64,000 nucleotides of DNA from assembly GCA_011364975.1 (NCBI GenBank), contig RDOE01000001.1, forward strand, positions 1 through 64,000. Direction: 5' to 3'. The notes beneath the pieces were generated by a model, which saw only the letters and a list, made by a program, of their open reading frames with translations, had not been told where the DNA came from and made no database searches. Below are positions 20,347 through 29,669 of this stretch, piece after piece. The stretch is from Promethearchaeota archaeon. Lineage in GTDB: Archaea > Asgardarchaeota > Lokiarchaeia > Sigyniarchaeales > SOKP01. Numbering within the stretch: the first letter of the stretch is position 1; the number at the start of each line of letters is the position of its first letter. Made by a program: the position numbers and the translations under genes.

Positions 20347-21036
20347 ATGTATTTCATCATAATTATGTTCTTATTATTTCTTCAAGAATCAAATGCTTTT
20401 TTGGATTGGATAAGATATCCTCCGGGATCAATGATTTTTATCTTTTTATTAGCAACAATGACTGCCCTTATTAGTACTGGATTGACTCGTTGGTTAGTTG
20501 ACACAGAGGCCATCAATAGGAAACAAGTAATCATGAAAGCGCATGATGAGGAGAAAGCAAAAATCATTGAAATGGCTGAAATTGATCCTGAAAAGTATAG
20601 AAAACAAAGAAAGAGATGGGAACGATTAAACGTAGTTCTAAAGCAATCACAACAGAGAATGGCCATGAAACGTATGTTGCCAAGCTGTATCACATTTGTT
20701 CCAATGATTATTATTTTTTCAGTTGTTCGCCAACTCTTCTTCAACAACCCAGTTGCATTATCTCCTATGAATGCAAACGATGTTTTATTTATTGGCCAAA
20801 TGATGGCAGCGGATACACCTAGCGCTTACCCATGGACACAATTAGTATATGGTATCCCAAGGATTATAGGATTAAATGACGGATGGATAAATTTTACTGC
20901 GTGGTACTTTCTTAGTAGTTTTGGTATTAGTACTTTAATTCAGAGAATTTTCAGGCTTCAAACCCAAGCTACAGGTGGTATGGAGCAGATGATGGGTGGC
21001 TCTAAAGCGAAAGCTTTGGAATTTCCGGATATATAA
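20347..21036 (+). CDS. EMC3/TMCO1 (DUF106) Oxa1-superfamily protein
   Basis: TM, coiled coil, TM layout; WYFLSSF motif; located after secY. Confidence 0.85.
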   Translation: MYFIIIMFLLFLQESNAFLDWIRYPPGSMIFIFLLATMTALISTGLTRWLVDTEAINRKQVIMKAHDEEKAKIIEMAEIDPEKYRKQRKRWERLNVVLKQSQQRMAMKRMLPSCITFVPMIIIFSVVRQLFFNNPVALSPMNANDVLFIGQMMAADTPSAYPWTQLVYGIPRIIGLNDGWINFTAWYFLSSFGISTLIQRIFRLQTQATGGMEQMMGGSKAKALEFPDI

Positions 21037-21138
21037 TATTAGCTCTTTTAGTTTATGGTAAGAGTTGGTGTAGCATTCTAGTAAATTTACAAAATTTAAT
21101 AATTATTAATTTTGTTATTTAAGGTTATTTAAGATAAG

Positions 21139-21240
21139 CGCAGACAGAGGGATTCGAACCCTCGAGTGCTTGCGCACACTGGCTTTATGGGAAAACCCTA
21201 CACTCCAAGCCAGCGCCGTACCGGGCTAGGCAATGTCTGC
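21139..21240 (-). tRNA. tRNA-Ser(GGA) with an intron of about 18 nt at 37/38
   Basis: GCAGACA/TGTCTGC acceptor stem, CTGGC-TTGGAG...A-GCCAG anticodon arm, long variable arm, TTCGAAT loop. Confidence 0.9.
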
Positions 21241-21323
21241 ATTTTGGTAAAAATCATTCTTATATTGGAAATAATAAAAAATGTGTTATTATTTATTACT
21301 TGAATAAATAATTTTGTTTGTAT

Positions 21324-21611
21324 TTATTTTATGGGTATTGGGAGTACTTCTTTCATTTTCTTCTCTAATTTAGCCTTTTTGATTGCAGCTTCAATATCTT
21401 CATGTTTAGCACCTTTCTTAATATCAATGGTCTCTGAAAGTGGTTCAACATGCTTATAATTAACTCTTCTTCTTTTTACTTTTAAACCATCAATAATTAT
21501 ATAATTTTTATCAATGATATCTACGATGACTCCGTAATGTCCTGCTTCTCTACCCATAGTCTTGATAACTAATCTACCTATATCGTATACGCTCATATAA
21601 TTCGTCACCAA
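21324..21611 (-). CDS. rpl14e: 50S ribosomal protein eL14
   Basis: IGRLVIKTMGREAG, KRRRVN..HVEP. Confidence 0.95.
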   Translation of the reverse strand: MVTNYMSVYDIGRLVIKTMGREAGHYGVIVDIIDKNYIIIDGLKVKRRRVNYKHVEPLSETIDIKKGAKHEDIEAAIKKAKLEKKMKEVLPIPIK

Positions 21612-21731
21612 ATTATTTTATATAAGTTTATATCTACTAATCTAATGAAAAATCAGTAGAGATAAACATTTAGTGGTAGATTAAAAAATAATTACAGAAA
21701 TAAATTTTTTATGATTTCTAAAAAGCTTAAA

Positions 21732-22268
21732 TCAGTTTTTTTTTTTTAATTCTGAAAGGATTTTTTTGAGTATTTCTTGAATTGATAGTGATTCTGTATC
21801 AATAATTATATCATACAACTCTTTTTTAACACTTTCATTGTTTAAATCAATATTATATAACTCCTTATAGCGATCCAATTCAGATTTCTCTCTTAAGAGT
21901 GTTTCATCTAATTTTGCTTTAAAATTACTTTGATCCCGCTCAACTATCCTCATTATTCTAGTTTTCAATGGACAGGTAAGGAGTATCTTCATATCTGCAA
22001 TTGATTTGAGGAGATACCCTCCTAATTGGCTATCAATAATGATATTATCCTTTCTACCAAATTCGATAACACGGTTATCTAATTCTTTATCAATTTCAGG
22101 ATGATTCTCAACATATAAAGAAAATTCTTCTAAGGACATATTTTTTTCCTGGGCTAGCTCTCGAAATGCTTGCCCTGCAGCATAATAATCTAACTTTAAA
22201 CTTTCAGCAAGTAATTTTCCTATAGTAGATTTCCCTGTTCCGTGCAGTCCAGATATTACGATTATCAT
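21732..22268 (-). CDS. cmk: cytidylate kinase, archaeal type
   Basis: SGLHGTGKST, FRELA...MSL.EF; between L34e and L14e. Confidence 0.9.
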   Translation of the reverse strand: MIIVISGLHGTGKSTIGKLLAESLKLDYYAAGQAFRELAQEKNMSLEEFSLYVENHPEIDKELDNRVIEFGRKDNIIIDSQLGGYLLKSIADMKILLTCPLKTRIMRIVERDQSNFKAKLDETLLREKSELDRYKELYNIDLNNESVKKELYDIIIDTESLSIQEILKKILSELKKKN

Positions 22269-22363
22269 TTTAATTTTTCAAACTTAAATTGATGCGTTTA
22301 AACAGATAAGTTTTTTAAATTATTTTATGATAAAATTCTAATCTAAAGAGAGATGAAAATCTT

Positions 22364-22633
22364 TTAAGAATGCCAAATAGATTCCTTAATTATTGTTTGA
22401 AGGCATTTGGAGCAGTATCTACCACTTTCAATTCGATTAGCTCGTCTTGAAGTATTATCTGTTTTCTTCATTTTAAAGGGTCTCAATTTAGGTACAGATT
22501 GTAATGGCTTTTTACACAAAGCACATTGAGCATGAGAAGGTTTTCGACGCCAATAGTGAATAACATTATTATTTCCAGGGGTTCTTACTATTTTCCGTGC
22601 TTGAGCTTTTGATCTTAAACCGGGTCTTGGCAA
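22364..22633 (-). CDS. rpl34e: 50S ribosomal protein eL34
   Basis: MPRP..RS, RTPG, CxxC...CxxC. Confidence 0.95.
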   Translation of the reverse strand: MPRPGLRSKAQARKIVRTPGNNNVIHYWRRKPSHAQCALCKKPLQSVPKLRPFKMKKTDNTSRRANRIESGRYCSKCLQTIIKESIWHS

Positions 22634-22724
22634 ACTTATTACCTTGTAGTATTAATTTAGGATAGATCACGATTAATATTATAGATTGCAAAAGCATGAA
22701 AAGTTAATTAATTTTTTGATTTAA

Positions 22725-23339
22725 TTATATTTTTAGATTTAATTTTTGTTGGAAGTCATTATACATGGTATATACTTCGTCTATTAGTGAATTTCGAAAT
22801 TGGGTATTAGAAAAAAATTGTGTTTTATTGGAGCGAAAATTATCGTAAATAGAGGAAATTTTTCTTTTAATTAGTTCAAGTCCCGGGAATTTTTCCAGGT
22901 TGGTAATTAAATCTTTAAAGAGCCCAAAAATAAACTCATAATTTTCAAATTCTACAAGTTTTAAACCATCCATTAAAGTGATAAAAGAAGCGGTTATTTC
23001 AGAAGTTGTTCCTGGAATCTGCAGTATGGAAGAAGATACCGAAGAAGAGAAGGTGTTAGAATTAAAGTTAAGAGATGATGCATTATTTATTATAGAAATC
23101 GCTTTATAGTATTCTTCAGTAAATTTCATTTGATCTAAGATCTCTAACAATTTCAAATTATTCTCATTTAATATAAAATGGATATTTATCAAATTATTCA
23201 TAGCATTCTTAATTGAACGCTTAAAAAAGTGGTCCTCTATAACACCACTTATGTAATTGCTGTTTAATTTAATGATTGTATTTACCAGAGAGAATATTTC
23301 AGATTCTATTTCATCTAGATTTTTTTCTTTTTCAGACAT
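22725..23339 (-). CDS. Vps28-like protein (ESCRT-I)
   Basis: EIFSLVNTI..L...YI.G.I N-terminal motif and SEITASFITLMDGLKL, resembling the Vps28 FIT.MD.LKL motif. Confidence 0.7.
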   Translation of the reverse strand: MSEKEKNLDEIESEIFSLVNTIIKLNSNYISGVIEDHFFKRSIKNAMNNLINIHFILNENNLKLLEILDQMKFTEEYYKAISIINNASSLNFNSNTFSSSVSSSILQIPGTTSEITASFITLMDGLKLVEFENYEFIFGLFKDLITNLEKFPGLELIKRKISSIYDNFRSNKTQFFSNTQFRNSLIDEVYTMYNDFQQKLNLKI

Positions 23340-23368
23340 ACCAGTTATTTTTAATCTAAATATTAATC

Positions 23369-24286
23369 TTATAACATAAATGTGGGTCTAAGGAAATAAA
23401 AAAGTATTGCCACAACTACACCAACACCTAAAGATGATAAAAGGACACGAATAGTAGATGAATTTGATAATTCTCTAATTGCTAGTGATATTAAAATTGG
23501 AACCCATATAGCAATAGTTAAACCCTCAATAAGATGAAGAACTGTCCATGTAGGAGAATTAAAAATTGGTAGAAACAGATCTGAATTAAAAACGAAAAGA
23601 TTTGGGATTACAATATTGGGTAAACCTACTAATATTATAATAATTTGGATTGGAGTAATAATTAATAAGGGAGCAAAAGCACTAAACATCATTTTAAATT
23701 TGAAGGCTTGCTGCTGATTTAAAGTACCGCCTTTATATATGCTAAATGGACTCATTTCAGCTTCCCTATATTTTACACCTTCCTCTTCCTTTCCTCCAAA
23801 TCGACTCTCTATTCGTTCAGAAAAATCAACTGCAACATTAGCACCTTTAGTAAAAAGCCAAATTAACACAAATCCAAAAATTGCATAAAATGCAAATCCA
23901 AACCCAAAAAAAGCTAAAAATACCGCAAAATTATAAAAAAAGCTAATAAAACCTAACGGATTAATATTTTGAACATTAACATGTGAAAACAAAGCTAATC
24001 CCATTAAACCATAGATCAAAGAATTGAATAATAGGATTTTATAACCAGGAGAACTTTTTCTTTTATGATTGATATTCCAAAAAGCTTCATTTGGTTTTAT
24101 AAATAACCAAAGAATTAATATATACCACGGAACTGGATTAGTCCATTCATCTTCTATTCGTTTAAAAATAGAAAAACTTTCAATTTTTTCAATTCTTAAT
24201 CTTTTACCACAAAACGCGCATACATATGAATCGATTCTATTATCGTTACCACATCTTGGACATCTATTAGCTACGGTCGTCGACAT
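23369..24286 (-). CDS. zinc-ribbon plus Yip1-like membrane protein
   Basis: CPRCG...CAFCG N-terminus; 'FIKPNEAF..I' followed by about 5 TM helices. Confidence 0.6.
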   Translation of the reverse strand: MSTTVANRCPRCGNDNRIDSYVCAFCGKRLRIEKIESFSIFKRIEDEWTNPVPWYILILWLFIKPNEAFWNINHKRKSSPGYKILLFNSLIYGLMGLALFSHVNVQNINPLGFISFFYNFAVFLAFFGFGFAFYAIFGFVLIWLFTKGANVAVDFSERIESRFGGKEEEGVKYREAEMSPFSIYKGGTLNQQQAFKFKMMFSAFAPLLIITPIQIIIILVGLPNIVIPNLFVFNSDLFLPIFNSPTWTVLHLIEGLTIAIWVPILISLAIRELSNSSTIRVLLSSLGVGVVVAILFYFLRPTFML

Positions 24287-24361
24287 AATTAATTAGATTT
24301 AAATTTTTATAATAATCATATAATTATAATCATATAAAAATTTCTTTTATTCTTATAATAT

Positions 24362-25447
24362 TTAAGAGCCAAATTCGATTATAAAAGAATTTTCATTTTT
24401 AAGAATATGGTATTTACGATTTGTGAATAGTTGAATTAATTCAATATTAGTTTTAGTATGACTGGAAATTTCAAGAACTTTTATCCGTGAAAAACCATCA
24501 ACATAAGCCATAAGTGGAATTAATTGATCACTAAGATAATTATCAACAGGAATTTCATTTTCAATATAATTGATCATAATATGGGCTGCAGTCTTACCAA
24601 GAGTTTCTGAGGAAATTTTTTTTTCTCCTAAAATTGTACCAGTTGATAATATTGAACCATTATTAGAACATGTCCATAAACATAAACCCACTCCAGGACT
24701 CAATGAATCAACGTACTGAATTTTTATATCTGTTTCAAGCCCTAATTTGCGTTTAATTTCAGAATTTATAGCATTACATATTCGGGATCCTATGTTTGAA
24801 CCATCTCTCTTCAAATGAGTTGTTATAATAATTTCACCTTGTATCTTCTTAATTATTCCCATCTCAGTTAATATGACAGGTTTAAGGCTCTTTTTTGGCA
24901 AATTTATAGAACAAAAAGTTTTGGCACCCCCCTTGGGGTAAAAGCCGTATTTTTTTATATCTAAATTAATTGAGAGTCCTGATCTTTCATATATTGGATA
25001 TGTAACTTTATTTAGATAATTAAGACTTGGAGCCCATTTCCCAAAGGTTCCACCACCATTAATTGTAATACTTAATTTTTCAGGCTGACGATATCTAAGA
25101 CAAGCTATTTGGATTGGTTGAAGCAATAAACCGATGCTTGCTGCAGTACTAATACTTATATTAGAATTCTCTTTCAAACTTTCAGTATTAGGCATGAATG
25201 TAATTTCAGTTGTCCCAACTTCGCATTTACTTAAATTACTATTTGTTATAGTAGCTAGCGTTCTTAAGCCTAAGAGGTGCTGCATTCTTAGTCCAGGTTG
25301 GGCTCTATTTGCTCGTATATTCGTAATATTTATCGCACGATTATAAAGAATAGAAAAAGCAGCTCCTAATCGTAGGATAGACCCTCCACCTTCTCCAAAT
25401 GATCCATCTATCTTTAACATTTTATCATTAGTCACAGTTTTCATCAT
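24362..25447 (-). CDS. rtcA: RNA 3'-terminal phosphate cyclase
   Basis: IDGSFGEGGG, NIRANR..PGL..QHL, GFYPKGG, SSHTKTN. Confidence 0.93.
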   Translation of the reverse strand: MMKTVTNDKMLKIDGSFGEGGGSILRLGAAFSILYNRAINITNIRANRAQPGLRMQHLLGLRTLATITNSNLSKCEVGTTEITFMPNTESLKENSNISISTAASIGLLLQPIQIACLRYRQPEKLSITINGGGTFGKWAPSLNYLNKVTYPIYERSGLSINLDIKKYGFYPKGGAKTFCSINLPKKSLKPVILTEMGIIKKIQGEIIITTHLKRDGSNIGSRICNAINSEIKRKLGLETDIKIQYVDSLSPGVGLCLWTCSNNGSILSTGTILGEKKISSETLGKTAAHIMINYIENEIPVDNYLSDQLIPLMAYVDGFSRIKVLEISSHTKTNIELIQLFTNRKYHILKNENSFIIEFGS

Positions 25448-26583
25448 AGTTTATAATTGTTCTTAATCCTTTTAATCCCGTTAAAAGATATTATTAGATT
25501 TGCCACTTCTTTTGGTACTAATGTCTTCCAATCTTTGTTATTGTTATAAATTAATTTACGGATATGAGAACCATTATATTTTTTTTTAAAAATCTCTAGT
25601 TTTTTTCCAACTTCATAACCCTCTTTTTTAAATAGTTCTCGTACCCAATCACTATTTGAGAAAACAATATCAAACCTTCCTGCAATACCCACAACATGAT
25701 CTACCCATTTATTCGCATTAAATACATCGGGAATTTTAAATATTTGATAATTGCTAGAGGATATATCTCTTACCTTTAATGCTGAAGTTATAAATTGAAT
25801 TCTCTCATTACTTGTAAAAGGATCATTCTTAGTATAGGAAAGTTGGGCACTTCCAATTCCAATTTTTAAGATTCTATAACTTTTTAAAATCTTTTTTAAA
25901 ACATATATATGCCCATGATGTAAAGGTTGAAATCTTCCAAGAAATAAAGCAATCTTGTATTCTTTATTCTCCTTATCTTCTTTTTCTTGATTAAGATTAA
26001 AAATCTTATTAAGATCGGCAGCTATTAACTCCCACCATATTTTCTTCGAATAATCTATCGCCTTTTCATTTTCTAAGATTTCAATTAATTCAGATTTAGT
26101 ATAGAATCTACTAGCATGAGTATTTAATTCCTCAGGATCGGGTTTTAAGACGATATTGTAAGGGACCATTGCTAAAAAAACATAGGAAAGCTCCGTTGTA
26201 TTTTGATTGGCTTCAGCTAAAAGATAATGAAAATGAAATTTTATAAGAGAGGTGGGAGGGATTCCAAATTCTTCTTGTAGTTCTCTTTTTGCTTCTTGTT
26301 TAATATCTTTTAAAGTTAACTCTTTTTTGTAATTAACATGCCCAGAAGCTGAGTCTGTGAAATAATTGGGAAAGGTTCTTTTATTTTCACCTCTTTTTTG
26401 TACAAGGTAAATAAATTCATTATTAGCATTTAGAGCAACAACAAATAATCTAATTATTAAATGACTTACTTTCTTTTTATGGGCTTCTTCTCTTTCCATG
26501 GGGAAAATAAATTTTGAAATCTGACCAGAATGCAAATATTTTATATTTTCATTTTTAATACATGCTAATATTTCTTTTTCCAT
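25444..26583 (-). CDS. NUDIX hydrolase fused to NMN adenylyltransferase (NadM)
   Basis: N-terminal SASGHV...AKRELQEEFGI; C-terminal GRFQPLHHGH, IGIGSAQ, NDPFT..ER. Confidence 0.85.
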   Translation of the reverse strand: MEKEILACIKNENIKYLHSGQISKFIFPMEREEAHKKKVSHLIIRLFVVALNANNEFIYLVQKRGENKRTFPNYFTDSASGHVNYKKELTLKDIKQEAKRELQEEFGIPPTSLIKFHFHYLLAEANQNTTELSYVFLAMVPYNIVLKPDPEELNTHASRFYTKSELIEILENEKAIDYSKKIWWELIAADLNKIFNLNQEKEDKENKEYKIALFLGRFQPLHHGHIYVLKKILKSYRILKIGIGSAQLSYTKNDPFTSNERIQFITSALKVRDISSSNYQIFKIPDVFNANKWVDHVVGIAGRFDIVFSNSDWVRELFKKEGYEVGKKLEIFKKKYNGSHIRKLIYNNNKDWKTLVPKEVANLIISFNGIKRIKNNYKL

Positions 26584-26596
26584 AATTAATCATTTT

Positions 26597-27430
26597 TCAA
26601 AATTCTATTGAGATAATTTCGCCTACTTTAATCCCTAGATTTCTCGCAGCGTTCCCTTGATTTATTGAAATTTCTAGAAATCCAGTAGAACCTTCAATAT
26701 ACACCAGTTGGTTTTCAAGTACCGCATTGAAATAGGAGTAATATTTTCCAACATACATTTTACCTTTATAATTCAAATTCAATTCCATTCCTTCCTTTAA
26801 TATTATAGATGTGTTTTGAATTATATGGTTTTGAATTGGTATATTAGTAATGCAATTACCAAAAGTATCTATGTATTGAATGATACACTCGATTATTTTA
26901 TCATTTTGATTTATTTTTAGATATTGTTGGATGACCACCATCTCTAAAACATTAAATTTTGGTCCAAATTCGGGTAATGATAATCCCATTGAAATGTACG
27001 CAGCTACTGGAGCCATTATATCCCTACCATGAAATGTATTAGAAACTGGTTTATGAAAAAAATTTGAATTCTTAATATTTATACATTCAATAATTTGATC
27101 CAAAGAATGAACCAGAGGGATAATTCCATTATTAGGGCCAATTAAATATTGATTTATGCTTGTTTTAACTGCCAATAATTCTCTCGAACTGCCAACACCA
27201 GGATCTACTACAATTACGAAAATTGTATTTTCGGGAAAATATGGATAAACTGTTTTAAGAATATAGGCCGCTTCGATAAGGGAATAAGGATTTATATTAT
27301 GAGCAATATCGATAATTTTAACTTCTGGATTGATGCTCAAAATCACACCTTTCATACTAGCTACATAATGATGCCCTCTCTGGCCAAAATCTGTAATTAA
27401 AGCTATAATTTGCGGGGTTAATTTTGTCAT
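26597..27430 (-). CDS. SAM hydroxide adenosyltransferase (DUF62)
   Basis: ITDFG, VVDPGVGS.R, TFHGRDI, YIDTFGN. Confidence 0.93.
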   Translation of the reverse strand: MTKLTPQIIALITDFGQRGHHYVASMKGVILSINPEVKIIDIAHNINPYSLIEAAYILKTVYPYFPENTIFVIVVDPGVGSSRELLAVKTSINQYLIGPNNGIIPLVHSLDQIIECINIKNSNFFHKPVSNTFHGRDIMAPVAAYISMGLSLPEFGPKFNVLEMVVIQQYLKINQNDKIIECIIQYIDTFGNCITNIPIQNHIIQNTSIILKEGMELNLNYKGKMYVGKYYSYFNAVLENQLVYIEGSTGFLEISINQGNAARNLGIKVGEIISIEF

Positions 27431-27492
27431 ATTAGATTGTTTGATTTAAAGTTGAAATTTTAAAGTTAATTCAAAAAAAGTAAGAATTTTAA

Positions 27493-28395
27493 TTATTTTT
27501 TTTTATACTTCTCATCAACTTTATAAAAATCTTCAAGTGCTTTTGATTTTAACCGATATTCTTCTTCTTTCTCAAAATCAACTAACTTTTTTGATAAGTC
27601 ACTAGCTTCTTTATAAGAAAGATATGCTGAATTAAAATCCTCATTTCTCAAATAAGTTCTTGCCTCTTGTACTAATTTATCTCTTCTTTTTTGTAACTCA
27701 GGAATACTTTCACAAAACTTAGCTTTCTCGTTTAAAGAGTCCGCAATGTCTGCACAATATAATTCCTCCGCTAAATTTGATGCCTTTTTATAAAATTTTG
27801 CGGCTTTATCATAATCTAGTTCTTTCAAACTACTCTCAGCTGTTTTAAAAAATTCTGATACTTTTTCATGTTCTCCTGCTTCAACTCTTTTTAGAAGTTC
27901 TTGAGCTATTTTCCTTTCATCTTTACCACCACTTAACATCAATTTAGTGGTAGTTATTATACTCTCTTTTAAAACATCAGGTTTTAAACTATCAATCAGG
28001 GGTTCTAAATGCTCCAGATAAATATCTTTTAGGATTGATTCAAATTCATTTTGCTCCATTTTTAACAAATTTAAGCCTAATACTTCCATCGCTTCTGAAG
28101 CTTCCTTAAGAGTTGATCTAAATTTTTCAGGTTTTTCAGTTTCATTTAAGAGAAGCCCAACAATAATTCCTGAGGCTTTACGTACTAATTTTCCCTCAAA
28201 ATTATAAATGTATGAAAAAACTTTATGATCTTTAAGCTTCAATACATTATAATCACTTTTTGAATGATCAAGATGCAACCTTAAAAATAAATCATTTGAT
28301 AATTCAAAGGTTTTTTTACCATCCTTAAAATAATATCCTAAAATTTTATAATCGGCATCTAACGGTAATAATACAGCAAAAGCGCCAGTTGGCAT
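27493..28395 (-). CDS. hypothetical protein: possible longin-like N-domain plus TPR-like helical C-domain
   Basis: Beta-rich N-terminus; two repeats of 'A...L...D[YF]..A...Y..AS.L'. Confidence 0.55.
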   Translation of the reverse strand: MPTGAFAVLLPLDADYKILGYYFKDGKKTFELSNDLFLRLHLDHSKSDYNVLKLKDHKVFSYIYNFEGKLVRKASGIIVGLLLNETEKPEKFRSTLKEASEAMEVLGLNLLKMEQNEFESILKDIYLEHLEPLIDSLKPDVLKESIITTTKLMLSGGKDERKIAQELLKRVEAGEHEKVSEFFKTAESSLKELDYDKAAKFYKKASNLAEELYCADIADSLNEKAKFCESIPELQKRRDKLVQEARTYLRNEDFNSAYLSYKEASDLSKKLVDFEKEEEYRLKSKALEDFYKVDEKYKKK

Positions 28396-28455
28396 AATTA
28401 AACACTCCGAAATTTTTATATTTTTAAGATAGATAAATTATGATCATAAAAAAAT

Positions 28456-28887
28456 TTAAATATTTGATGGTTCTCTACAACTTATTATTCTATTAGTCTC
28501 TTCTCTAATTGATTGGATAACATTTAATAATTGAGCATAATATAAATTATTAGAAACTGCTTTTGCAGCCTGTCGAATTAACTCAATCGCTTTCTTTTCA
28601 TCTTCCGTTATATTTTCAATTGATTTCTTTTCGTAGAGTTGTTTAATACTTTTATTAAAATCATTTGCGATCTCTTGCATATTATCACTTGATTTCATCC
28701 GAAATTGCTTAAGTACTTCAACTATAAGTCTTATATTTTCATTAATCGAAATAGTTTCTTCAGAAAATTTCTGAGACATGCTTTGAATTGCTGTACTCAT
28801 TTGATTTATTTGAGCAATAGTACCATCTAACGATGCGGTAATTTGATTAATCTTATTAATCATCTCATCTAATAACTTTTCTGCCAT
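28456..28887 (-). CDS. coiled-coil protein
   Basis: Heptad-rich, begins MAEKLLDEMINKI. Confidence 0.6.
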   Translation of the reverse strand: MAEKLLDEMINKINQITASLDGTIAQINQMSTAIQSMSQKFSEETISINENIRLIVEVLKQFRMKSSDNMQEIANDFNKSIKQLYEKKSIENITEDEKKAIELIRQAAKAVSNNLYYAQLLNVIQSIREETNRIISCREPSNI

Positions 28888-28908
28888 TTGTTTTTCACCA
28901 ACTTAACT

Positions 28909-29322
28909 TTAACCTTTACTTGAAGGTTTTGTTTTTAATTCCTTTACTGAAGTAATTGCTTCTGATAATAGCAAATTTACCGTATCTTGATTAAGTATTT
29001 CACTGGAAAGCCTTTCAAATTCCTGAAGATTACTTATTAAAGTACTCAAAGCTTCTAATCCTAATCCTTCTTGTATCTTCTTTAATTCATTCTTAGTACT
29101 TTCCCCGATTTCCTTCAAGACTCCAATGTGCTTATTTTGAGTAACATCAATTTCTTCCGAAAATTCTTTTAACTTCTCATTTAAATTAATAATCTTTTGC
29201 TCAATATTCTGATTTAATCCGTCCATCGAGGTTTTTAACCCCTGTATTGCCTGCCCAAGCTGTGCTATTCTTTTATAGATGGAATTTAACAAGTCAGTTA
29301 ACATTTCTGCCATAAGGATCAC
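28909..29322 (-). CDS. coiled-coil protein
   Basis: Heptad-rich, begins MAEMLTDLLNSIYKRI. Confidence 0.6.
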   Translation of the reverse strand: MILMAEMLTDLLNSIYKRIAQLGQAIQGLKTSMDGLNQNIEQKIINLNEKLKEFSEEIDVTQNKHIGVLKEIGESTKNELKKIQEGLGLEALSTLISNLQEFERLSSEILNQDTVNLLLSEAITSVKELKTKPSSKG

Positions 29323-29459
29323 TATTCAAATTTTTTCTGATGCTATGTAATTTCTATATCTGATTTTACTTATTAATATAACAGAGTACTCCAATAAAAA
29401 AATTTTTATGTTTTTGTGCTTTTTGAGTTTATAATAATAAGATTTTAAATATTATCTCA

Positions 29460-29639
29460 GGGCCATTAGCTCAGACAGAAGTGAGAAAATCTCTCTCTGC
29501 CTGGAATGGTTAACGAGGTTTTGAAATAGCTTGGCCAACAAGCGCAGGTCTTATAAGTGACCCATGGACAGACATTAAGAATTTATTTGTCCATGTCAAT
29601 AAAAACCTGAGATCCGGGGTTCAAATCCCCGATGGCCCA
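29460..29639 (+). tRNA. tRNA-Ile(UAU) with about three introns (about 29477-29506, 29513-29539, 29557-29604)
   Basis: GGGCCAT/ATGGCCC acceptor, CAGGT-CTTATAA-ACCTG after splicing, CGGGG-TTCAAAT-CCCCG; removing the introns gives a 75-nt cloverleaf. Confidence 0.85.
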
Positions 29640-29669
29640 TTTTTTTCTCAAATTTTTTAATTCCTTTGT

